Assembly (NCBI GenBank): GCA_934747965.1
Contig: CAKVHI010000003.1
Location: 7,025 to 71,024, forward strand
Reading direction: 5' to 3'
Length of the DNA stretch: 64,000 nucleotides
Origin: an uncultured Clostridia bacterium
GTDB taxonomy: Bacteria; Bacillota; Clostridia; Christensenellales; UBA1242
The number at the start of each line of letters is the position of its first letter. Within the stretch, counting starts at the first letter, position 1. Below, in pieces: positions 56,601 through 64,000 of the stretch. The position numbers and the translations under genes were made by a program. Below the pieces are notes generated by a model, which was not told the DNA's origin, did no database searches, and saw nothing but the letters and a program-made list of their open reading frames with translations.

Positions 56601-57065
56601 CTATTTTCTTTCATTTTTTTTGTTAAATTCGTTCAAAAAATCTATAAAATTTGTTGCATCTGTAAAATAACGATATAGACTTGCAAACCTTATGTATGCA
56701 ATTTCATCCAAGGTTTTCAGTTTGTCCATAACCAAACTTCCAATCAATTTTGTTTCAACTTCACTTTTCAAAGTGTTCTGAATTTCCTTTTCAACGCTGT
56801 CAACAAGTTCGTTAATTTGTTCAATAGAAACTGGTCGTTTGCCACAAGCCTTAATAACACCATTTTTTATTTTCTCTTTACTAAACGGTTCGCGCGTTTG
56901 GTCGTTTTTAATAACCAAAATTGGTGTTGTTTCGATAGTTTCAAAAGTTGTGAATCTTTTTCCACACTTCAAGCACTCACGCCTTCTTCTTATACATTTT
57001 CCGTCTTCAATAACCCTAGAGTCTATAACTTTATCTTCATCATTGCCACAATTTAAACATTTCAT
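56601..57065 (-). CDS. nrdR: Transcriptional repressor NrdR
   Basis: Zinc ribbon CLNCG...CLKCGKRFTTFE and an ATP-cone. Confidence 0.95.
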   Translation of the reverse strand: MKCLNCGNDEDKVIDSRVIEDGKCIRRRRECLKCGKRFTTFETIETTPILVIKNDQTREPFSKEKIKNGVIKACGKRPVSIEQINELVDSVEKEIQNTLKSEVETKLIGSLVMDKLKTLDEIAYIRFASLYRYFTDATNFIDFLNEFNKKNERK

Positions 57066-57071
57066 ATTTTT

Positions 57072-57099
57072 ATTATAGCAAAATTTAAAAATTATTCAA
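57072..57099 (-). promoter_or_regulatory. Promoter TTGAAT-N16-(TGc)TATAAT ending 6 nt before the nrdR ATG
   Basis: Hexamers read on the minus strand. No SD. Confidence 0.6.
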
Positions 57100-57142
57100 A
57101 CGATTTTAAAAAATATTTTTAACAAAAAAAGCGGAAAGCAAA

Positions 57143-57148
57143 TATAAT
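57143..57148 (+). promoter_or_regulatory. TATAAT -10 hexamer ending 6 nt before the ZIP transporter ATG
   Basis: Read directly. Weak -35 and no SD. Confidence 0.4.
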
Positions 57149-57154
57149 GCTAAT

Positions 57155-57913
57155 ATGACTTTATACACGATAATTGGAATAATGTTCGCTTTTGTTATGA
57201 CACTTTTAGGTTCAAGCCTAGTGTTTTTCTTTAAAAAGCCGATTAACTCAAAAATCAGCACAATTTTTTATGGGCTAAGTGCGGGAATAATGCTCGCCGC
57301 AACAATATGGTCTTTAATAATTCCTTCAATAGAAGCGAGTGAAAACTATGGCTGTTTTAAATTTATCCCATCAGTTTCTGGAATTATTTTTGGGGCTTTA
57401 TCTATTGTTTTTCTTGATTTTATTGCTTGCAAAATAAAAAAAAGCCCAAACGGACTAAGCAAAAATATGAAAGTTTTTGTTGCAGTAACAGTCCACAACA
57501 TTCCCGAAGGATTGGCAGTAGGCTTTGCTTTTGGCGTTGCTTTGTTTTCTAACAGTATGCCATTATGTATGTCTGCGCTAAGTTTGGCGATTGGAATGGG
57601 TATACAAAATTTCCCTGAAGGCAGTGCAATTTCGCTTCCCATGAAAGAAACATATAACAGCAGTTTCAAAGCCTTTATGTTTGGCTTTTATTCTGCCATA
57701 GTAGAGCCTATTGCAAGTGTCATAGGTATTTTTCTTGCATACACTCTTTCTTCGATATATGCCTACATTTTAGGCTTCGCTGCAGGTGCTATGATTTATG
57801 TTATTATTGAAGAAATGTTGCCAGAAGCAAACTTAAGTGGATATAACAAATGGGGAACATGGAGTTTTATTATCGGATTTTGCATAATGCTTATTTTGGA
57901 TGTTGTTTTTTAA
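57155..57913 (+). CDS. ZIP family divalent metal transporter (ZupT-like)
   Basis: Eight-TM layout; VTVHNIPEGLAVG and GIQNFPEGSAIS motifs. Confidence 0.85.
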   Translation: MTLYTIIGIMFAFVMTLLGSSLVFFFKKPINSKISTIFYGLSAGIMLAATIWSLIIPSIEASENYGCFKFIPSVSGIIFGALSIVFLDFIACKIKKSPNGLSKNMKVFVAVTVHNIPEGLAVGFAFGVALFSNSMPLCMSALSLAIGMGIQNFPEGSAISLPMKETYNSSFKAFMFGFYSAIVEPIASVIGIFLAYTLSSIYAYILGFAAGAMIYVIIEEMLPEANLSGYNKWGTWSFIIGFCIMLILDVVF

Positions 57914-57930
57914 AGCACAGAAAATTATAA

Positions 57931-58359
57931 TTAGTAATCAATTTTATCATAATAATTTTTATATTGATTTTCATATTCATTAGTTTCATTATTTGTATTA
58001 TTTTCTAAATTTATAACTTCACTATTATTACTTTGCAAATTTGTGTTTTGCTTTGTTTGGTTGTCATCTAGTATCCCGATAAAATTATTAAACTTGTCTT
58101 TAGCTTGTTTTGAATCAACACAAAGGCGCACCAAAATGCAGTCAATTCCAACCTTACAAACACAAGAATAAGGAATAAAAATAGTTTCACAAGGCTTAAA
58201 CCAACCTCTTTTTTCGCCAGGCACAACAAAGCCCAAAATCTTCCCCGTTTGGGGGAAGAAAATTATATCTATTATATTCCCTAAAATTTTCCCATCAAGC
58301 ACATTAATAACAAGTTTACATTTAAGGTCTTGAAAAGAAAACTCTTGACCGCATTGCAT
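57931..58359 (-). CDS. ymxH: YlmC/YmxH family PRC-barrel sporulation protein with an Asn-rich tail
   Basis: VINVLDGKILGNIIDIIF...GKILGFVVPG...IPYSCVCKVGIDCILV. Start uncertain (ATG 58359 or TTG 58398). Confidence 0.7.
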   Translation of the reverse strand: MQCGQEFSFQDLKCKLVINVLDGKILGNIIDIIFFPQTGKILGFVVPGEKRGWFKPCETIFIPYSCVCKVGIDCILVRLCVDSKQAKDKFNNFIGILDDNQTKQNTNLQSNNSEVINLENNTNNETNEYENQYKNYYDKIDY

Positions 58360-58477
58360 AATTAAATATATGAAACATTTTTCTTTTTTATTCGCCAAAA
58401 AAATTTAAAATAATTTAAAAACTGCAAAACAATTATATTTTATTTGCTTATAAGCAATTTACGACATTTTTAATTTG

Positions 58478-60280
58478 CTATTTTACTTTATCTTCCAATT
58501 TTTTTTCTTTTTTAAATAACTTTGTTAAAAGTTTTGCTTTCAAAGATTTAAACTTTACTTTTGACAAAAATTTCTTTTTTAATGTTTTGTTATTATAAAG
58601 AAAATTATCTCCATACTCAGTTAAATTAGGTAATGATAAATTTTTTAATTCTTCATTGCTATAAAGAAAATTATCTCCACAACTAGTCAATTTTGGTAAA
58701 GATAAATTAGTTAAGATATTGTTATAACAAAGAAAACCACACCCACACTTGGTTAAATTAGGTAATGTTAAATTCTTTATTGCTTCATTGCTATAAAGAA
58801 AAGTATACTCACATCTAGTTAAATTAGGTAATGTTAAATCGCTTAAAAACTTGTTATAATAAAGAAAACCACCTCCACTTTCAGTTAAATTGGGTAAAAT
58901 TAAATTAGTTAATGCCTCGTTATAACAAAGAAAACCACACCCACACTTGGTTAAATTAGGTAATGATAAATCGGTTAAAACCTTGTTATAATAAAGAAAA
59001 TTATCTCTGCACTCAGTTAAATTGGGTAATGATAAATTTTTTAATTCTTCATTACGAGGAAGAAAATTATCTCCACAACTAGTCAATTTTGGTAAAGATA
59101 AATTAGTTAGGATATTGTTATGACAAAGAAAACTACACCCACACTCGGTTAAATTGGGTAATGTTAAATTCTTTATTGCTTCATTACTATTAAGAAAAGC
59201 ATGCCCACATCTAGTTAAATTAGGTAATGTTAAATCGCTTAAAACCTTGTTATAATAAAGAAAATTATCTCCGCACTCAGTTAAATTTTCGTTGCAATAG
59301 CCAGTAATTCTTCGTCTATTGTCAAATGTGATAATAGCATCTTTTTTGTCTTTCATTTTTATAGTCAAAGTGTTATTTTTAACTTCCATACTTTCAATAT
59401 CTGAAAAACCATCTAAAAATGAATCTGATTTATAAATAGAAGAAACTGTTTTATTTTTTATGTTAAACGCAAAATAGTCAAGCAAAATATTGTGTTGTGA
59501 TAATCTCATTGGTGTAAAATCTTTTATGAGCACATTATTTGGGCAATAATAAATGTTGTCAATTTCATAATTATATTTAAAATACATTTCCCGTGCAAAA
59601 ACATAATCTATTAATTCAAATTCTCTATATTTAACAATTCTGTCTTTAACGCCATAATCTTGATAAAAAGCATCAGTAAGTCCTGGAATTATGTTATCCA
59701 AGTTGCTATTAAAAGTGTTGTCAGGGTTGTTAACTGTGTGATTATATCGGTTTTTGATAGACAGCGTTTGTAAATTGTTTTTGACAAATTGAATGCTTAT
59801 AACACTTGTGCCATATTCATCTTGACGGCGAGGATTAAAAAAATTTTTTCTTTTAATATTTTCGCAATCTTTCTTCACCGCAAACCAAACTCGGCAACTA
59901 TTCAATCTTCCGCCCCTAAATGTGCAAAGTTCTTCATTCTTTGCCCAATATTTTCTGAAACTTTGAATATCCTTTTCAGTTTTACATTCTGGATATAAAA
60001 TATATCCTGCTTCATCCATTAATTGAACTGCCGACTTTTTTATAATTTCTTTAGGTTTTGAACCTTCAACATTAACAAATGAAAAAATATAATCTTTAAA
60101 AGCATCAATTTTGTTTTGTTCAATAATATCATCAGCCAAATCTCTTTGTTGAAAAAAGTGGTCTTGTAATAATTTGGGCAACAATCCTTCTTGCTCTAAT
60201 ATTTTATAAAAATTCTCTCTGCAAAGATGCATCATTTTTTCGCCATAATGCTTCTTAATCCATTTCAAATCTTTTTCCAC
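58478..60280 (-). CDS. Cytoplasmic leucine-rich-repeat protein with an uncharacterised ~330-aa N-terminal domain
   Basis: About eleven 22-aa repeats, LxLPNLTxCGxxFLxxNxxLxx. No signal peptide or TM segment. The GTG start overlaps the upstream ORF stop. Confidence 0.7.
   Translation of the reverse strand: MEKDLKWIKKHYGEKMMHLCRENFYKILEQEGLLPKLLQDHFFQQRDLADDIIEQNKIDAFKDYIFSFVNVEGSKPKEIIKKSAVQLMDEAGYILYPECKTEKDIQSFRKYWAKNEELCTFRGGRLNSCRVWFAVKKDCENIKRKNFFNPRRQDEYGTSVISIQFVKNNLQTLSIKNRYNHTVNNPDNTFNSNLDNIIPGLTDAFYQDYGVKDRIVKYREFELIDYVFAREMYFKYNYEIDNIYYCPNNVLIKDFTPMRLSQHNILLDYFAFNIKNKTVSSIYKSDSFLDGFSDIESMEVKNNTLTIKMKDKKDAIITFDNRRRITGYCNENLTECGDNFLYYNKVLSDLTLPNLTRCGHAFLNSNEAIKNLTLPNLTECGCSFLCHNNILTNLSLPKLTSCGDNFLPRNEELKNLSLPNLTECRDNFLYYNKVLTDLSLPNLTKCGCGFLCYNEALTNLILPNLTESGGGFLYYNKFLSDLTLPNLTRCEYTFLYSNEAIKNLTLPNLTKCGCGFLCYNNILTNLSLPKLTSCGDNFLYSNEELKNLSLPNLTEYGDNFLYNNKTLKKKFLSKVKFKSLKAKLLTKLFKKEKKLEDKVK
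58558..59278 (-). repeat. About 11 tandem 66-bp coding repeats (the LRR units)
   Basis: The periodic DNA motif AAATTAGGTAATGWTAAAT...AAAGAAAAYTATCTCC is visible on the plus strand. Confidence 0.85.
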
Positions 60281-60576
60281 TATCCATATATCCTTTTAAG
60301 CAAATATATCTTATTATTTGATTTCAAAATTGCACAATCTTTTAACTCTTTTTCATCTATATCGTCTATGTTTATATTCTTTTGAAATTCAAATGCATAA
60401 GGTTGAGTGTAAAATTGTGAATTTATGTCTAACAAATCAGTTTGCAAAGCAATTTTATCGCCAACTTTTGGATTATCCACCCCATAAAACTCTAATGTTT
60501 GTTCATAAGTTTTATCTTTACATCTCAAAACATATCCATTGTTTTGCAAAACTTTTATAACTTCACACTTTATCAT
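60280..60576 (-). CDS. Hypothetical 98-aa protein coupled to the LRR gene
   Basis: SD AAAGGTGAG precedes ATG 60576. The stop overlaps the LRR GTG by 1 nt. No recognisable motif. Confidence 0.5.
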   Translation of the reverse strand: MIKCEVIKVLQNNGYVLRCKDKTYEQTLEFYGVDNPKVGDKIALQTDLLDINSQFYTQPYAFEFQKNINIDDIDEKELKDCAILKSNNKIYLLKRIYG

Positions 60577-60678
60577 AAACTCACCTTTCATTTATTTTAA
60601 CACATATAAATTGTTTTGTAAAGACCGAAATTTTTTTGTTTTATCGCTAAAAATATTATTTAAAATTTTATTTTCATA

Positions 60679-62112
60679 TCATTTAATCACTTTGTTTGTT
60701 TGCTTTTTAAACTCGCTTTCCGAAAAAAGTTCTTTTTTCTTTTCAATCATTTCGTCAACACGATTATTATACTCTTTTATATCTTTAACATTTGCAAATC
60801 TTTCAATACGGTTGGTTAAACTAAAAATTCGTTTGCTAATACCATTTGCTCCACACGCAACAATGCTTGAAAGTTCGTCCATAGAATCAATGTTAAAATA
60901 GCAAATTTTGTTGTCAATAAAATAGCCCACATTTTCTTGACCACTTACCATATTTTTTTGCCTATATAAGTAATAGGGTTTATAACCATTTTCTTTTAGT
61001 TTGGTGGTTGCAATTTTGCTCATTTTCATAACTTTGCTTTCGTTTTTAAAAATATTTTCATTATCTTCTTTAAGTTTTGATGCTCTTTTAAGTGCCAAGG
61101 TATGAATGGTTATGTTTTCGGGTTTAAGATATAAGGCAATATCCATAGTTTCGGAAAAGCTTTTTATTGTGTCTTTATTTAACCCCATAATCAAATCCAT
61201 GTTGATGTCAAAATTATAATTCCTTGCAAGTTTATATGCATCAAGGGCTTCCATTGCGGTGTGTTTTCTTCCAATAGTTTTCAAAACTTTATCATTAAAA
61301 GTCTGTGGATTGATTGAAATTCGAGATACACCATATTTTTGCAACAAATCAAGTTTTTCTTTTGTTATAGTGTCTGGTCGACCTGCCTCAACAGTAAATT
61401 CTTTAACTTTAAAACTAACGCTTTGAAGAATTTTTTCAAGTTGATTTACATTTAAACTTGTGGGTGTTCCACCACCAATATAAACGCTTTTAACAATAAA
61501 ATAATTTTCCATCAAAAATTGTTTAGTTTTTTCAATTTCATAAACAAGTTTATCAACATATTCATCAACAAGTTTACCTGCTTTTTCTGTTTCCATTGAA
61601 ATGAAACTGCAATAAGCACACCTTGACGGACAAAAAGGAATATTAATATAAAAATCAACAAGTTTATCGTTAAGGTCAAGATTTTTTTGATTTATAATAA
61701 TATCAATAATTAAATCTACTTTCTCTTTTGAAACATGATAATTATTTTTTAAAAAGTTTTCAATAGAAGTTTTAGGAAGCCCTTTTTTAAACAAATCATA
61801 GCAAAATTTAACAGGTCTAATTCCAGTCAATGCTCCGTATGGCATAGATTTGTTAAAAATTTTGCTTAAAATTTCATAAAGACCAATTTTGGCAAAACTT
61901 TTAGAAGATATAAAATTTGAAACATCGCTAATTTTTTCGTAATCAAATTCTTGCTTTTGATTAATTATTTTATATTTATTATATATTTTATTTTCTTTTT
62001 CTTCTAATTCATGATTAACAACAATATCATATTCTTCAAAATTTTGAGGAATAAAAAGTTTTATTATGTCTTGAAAATCATAATTATTTTCTATGTTTGT
62101 ATTAATTTCCAT
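60679..62112 (-). CDS. Radical SAM protein, HemZ/HemN-like (coproporphyrinogen dehydrogenase family)
   Basis: CPSRCAYCSF CxxxCxxC motif and YIGGGTPT, with a ~150-aa N-terminal extension as in HemZ. Confidence 0.8.
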   Translation of the reverse strand: MEINTNIENNYDFQDIIKLFIPQNFEEYDIVVNHELEEKENKIYNKYKIINQKQEFDYEKISDVSNFISSKSFAKIGLYEILSKIFNKSMPYGALTGIRPVKFCYDLFKKGLPKTSIENFLKNNYHVSKEKVDLIIDIIINQKNLDLNDKLVDFYINIPFCPSRCAYCSFISMETEKAGKLVDEYVDKLVYEIEKTKQFLMENYFIVKSVYIGGGTPTSLNVNQLEKILQSVSFKVKEFTVEAGRPDTITKEKLDLLQKYGVSRISINPQTFNDKVLKTIGRKHTAMEALDAYKLARNYNFDINMDLIMGLNKDTIKSFSETMDIALYLKPENITIHTLALKRASKLKEDNENIFKNESKVMKMSKIATTKLKENGYKPYYLYRQKNMVSGQENVGYFIDNKICYFNIDSMDELSSIVACGANGISKRIFSLTNRIERFANVKDIKEYNNRVDEMIEKKKELFSESEFKKQTNKVIK

Positions 62113-64000
62113 TATTCCCCCTTTGCCCTAGCCACGCTCAACACATTTGGCATATCTTTAAGTTTGTTTATAAGCATATTCAATTCAACTAAGTTTTTAA
62201 CATCAACAAAAACATCAACCACTACTACATCTTGATTGTTGTTCACATTCACACCCGTTAAATTTATTTTTTCGTTGATAATAATTTTTGTAATATTCAA
62301 AACCAAATTATTATTTTTGCTTGCAACAATTCGAAGATGAGCATTAAATTCATTGCTTTGTTCATCTAAAAATTTTGCACCAATCAACCTTTCTTTGCTC
62401 AAATTTTTAACATTTCCGCAATCTTTTGTATGAATTGTAATTCCTCTTCCATGTGAGATAAATCCTACAATTTCATCCCCCGGCACAGGCAAACAACATT
62501 TTGCAAATCTAACCAAAAGTCCATTAACACCATTATCAAAAACGATGCCCTTTTCCGAATTTTTTGGCTTTGTTTGTTTTGCAATGTTTTCTGGTTTAAT
62601 TTCAACAGTTTGCCTATATCTATTTAAAAGTTTATTAACAACTTGCGTGCTAGTAAGTGAGCCATGCCCAACACTTGCAAACAAGTCTTCCAAGCCTTTA
62701 AGCGTCCACTTATCAAAAAGTTCGTCAAGCCAATCATCTTGAAGCAAATTCTTAAGTTCAACATGCTTTGATTTGCATGTATCTTCAAGCATTTGCTTTC
62801 CCCGTTTTATATTTTCTTCCTTTAGTTCTTTTTTAAAATAAGAATTTAATTTATTTCTTGCTTCTTTTGTATTAATAAATTTAAGCCAATCTCTGCTTGG
62901 TTTTCCATTTGCATTTGTTAAAATTTCAATAACATCGCCATTGTTCAACGATGTGTTTAATGGCACAATTTTTCCATTAACTTTAGCGCCAACGCATTTA
63001 TTTCCAACATCACTGTGAATTGCATAAGCAAAATCAATAGGTGTTGAATTTTCTTTTAAACTTATAACTTTTCCAAGCGGACTTTGAACAAAAATCTCAT
63101 TGGCATAAAGGTCATTTTTAAGTTCTGTTAAATAATCTTGAGCGGTGCAAAATTCACTGTTTTCTATAAGTTTTTTAACCCAAATTAATTTTTCATCAAG
63201 ACCTGATTTTTTTGATTGTTTTTCTTTATACAAAAAATGTGCCGCAACCCCGTATTCTGCAAAATCATGCATTTGGTATGTTCTGATTTGAATTTCTAAG
63301 GGGTCGTTATTTTCGGTTATAACCGTTGTGTGAATACTTTGATAACCATTAGGTTTTGGTCTTATAATATAGTCTTTAAACCTATTATCAATAGGCGTAT
63401 AATAAGAATTAATCAATGAAAGCACTTCATAGCATTTACTAACATCATCAACCAGAATTCTTACTGCCAAAAGGTCATAAATTTGATTTAGGTTGTAATT
63501 TTTGTCTTGCAATTTGTTAAAAATACTTGAAACATGTTTAACTCTTCCATAAACCTTTGCTTTTATTCCGTTCTTTTGCAAAAATTCATCGATTTTTTTT
63601 ATGTTGATTTCAATTTCTTCATTTCGGTTTTTACAAATTTTGTCAAGTTCAAAACTTATTTTGTCATATTCTTCTTTATGAAAAAATCTAATGTTATAAT
63701 CTTGCAAAGCACTTTTAATAACACTCAAACCAAGTCTTGCCGAAATTGGAGCGTAAAGTTCTTTAACAAGTGTGTGAAATCTTTGAATTTTTATTTTATC
63801 TTTTTCAGACAAACCCAAATCAAGCATTTTGTTATATTTTTCACATCTTGCCAAAACTTCAGCAAGTTTAACCAAAATAACCCTAATGTCGTTTGCAATA
63901 GATAGCAATAAATTTTTTATATTTTCGGTTGAAATTTCATCATTATTTATTTTAACTTCTTCGGTTTTTATGATTGTGCTTAAAATTTCGTAACAGTCAT
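62112..64000 (-). CDS. relA: Long RelA/SpoT homologue (p)ppGpp synthetase, N-terminus beyond the window
   Basis: Frame is open to the window edge. Synthetase motifs RVKHVSSIFNKL, DLLAVRILV, GYQSIHTTV and EIQIRT, plus TGS and ACT regions. The TTG at 63908 in the ORF track is internal. Confidence 0.92.
   Translation of the reverse strand, partial: DCYEILSTIIKTEEVKINNDEISTENIKNLLLSIANDIRVILVKLAEVLARCEKYNKMLDLGLSEKDKIKIQRFHTLVKELYAPISARLGLSVIKSALQDYNIRFFHKEEYDKISFELDKICKNRNEEIEINIKKIDEFLQKNGIKAKVYGRVKHVSSIFNKLQDKNYNLNQIYDLLAVRILVDDVSKCYEVLSLINSYYTPIDNRFKDYIIRPKPNGYQSIHTTVITENNDPLEIQIRTYQMHDFAEYGVAAHFLYKEKQSKKSGLDEKLIWVKKLIENSEFCTAQDYLTELKNDLYANEIFVQSPLGKVISLKENSTPIDFAYAIHSDVGNKCVGAKVNGKIVPLNTSLNNGDVIEILTNANGKPSRDWLKFINTKEARNKLNSYFKKELKEENIKRGKQMLEDTCKSKHVELKNLLQDDWLDELFDKWTLKGLEDLFASVGHGSLTSTQVVNKLLNRYRQTVEIKPENIAKQTKPKNSEKGIVFDNGVNGLLVRFAKCCLPVPGDEIVGFISHGRGITIHTKDCGNVKNLSKERLIGAKFLDEQSNEFNAHLRIVASKNNNLVLNITKIIINEKINLTGVNVNNNQDVVVVDVFVDVKNLVELNMLINKLKDMPNVLSVARAKGE

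Noticed and set aside
58558-59278. Regular ~66-bp DNA periodicity that could be mistaken for a CRISPR array or a minisatellite.
   Set aside because: The period is in-frame within one long ORF and encodes 22-aa LRR units. There are no unique spacers and no cas genes.

Overview
This is a 64-kb, very AT-rich (roughly 30% GC by eye) chromosomal segment. It comes from an endospore-forming Firmicute with Clostridia-like gene content: spoVAD/spoVAE, yunB, a complete spoIIIAA-AH operon and ymxH. The left 16 kb is mostly plus-strand: nifS-like/thiI, rny, rnhA, serS and a PadR-ABC module. From 16.2 kb to the right edge almost everything is minus-strand, a chain of housekeeping clusters: trpS, argR, xseAB-nusB-asp23, spoIIIA, efp, truB-rbfA-infB-nusA-rimP, rseP-cdsA-uppS-frr, tsf-rpsB, ruvX, nifS-iscU, trxA, tcdA, hslUV, trmFO, topA, dprA, comM, nrdR, hemZ-like and relA. 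I saw no rRNA, tRNA, CRISPR array or transposase. Stand-out items follow. (1) A ~520-nt promoter-driven noncoding RNA plus a 4-TM protein sit exactly where OLE RNA/oapA sit in other Firmicutes. (2) A self-complementary 12-bp unit (TGCATAGTACTA) is tandemly repeated in at least four intergenic spots, and its half-site forms an operator-like inverted repeat in front of a membrane-tethered PadR regulator. (3) A head-on two-gene cassette (Zn-ribbon/TPR-like protein plus long PHP phosphoesterase) occupies the slot where pyrH normally lies between tsf and frr. (4) A 502-aa PolC N-terminus/OB/exonuclease-only protein sits in the polC slot. (5) An IscU homologue lacks two of its three cluster-ligand cysteines. 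(6) EF-P has Arg instead of the modified Lys at the loop tip. (7) At least seven genes have the architecture -10 hexamer, 6 nt, then ATG, with no Shine-Dalgarno, suggesting frequent leaderless mRNAs. (8) There is a cytoplasmic LRR protein with an unknown N-terminal domain. All functional calls rest on motif recognition by eye, not database searches.
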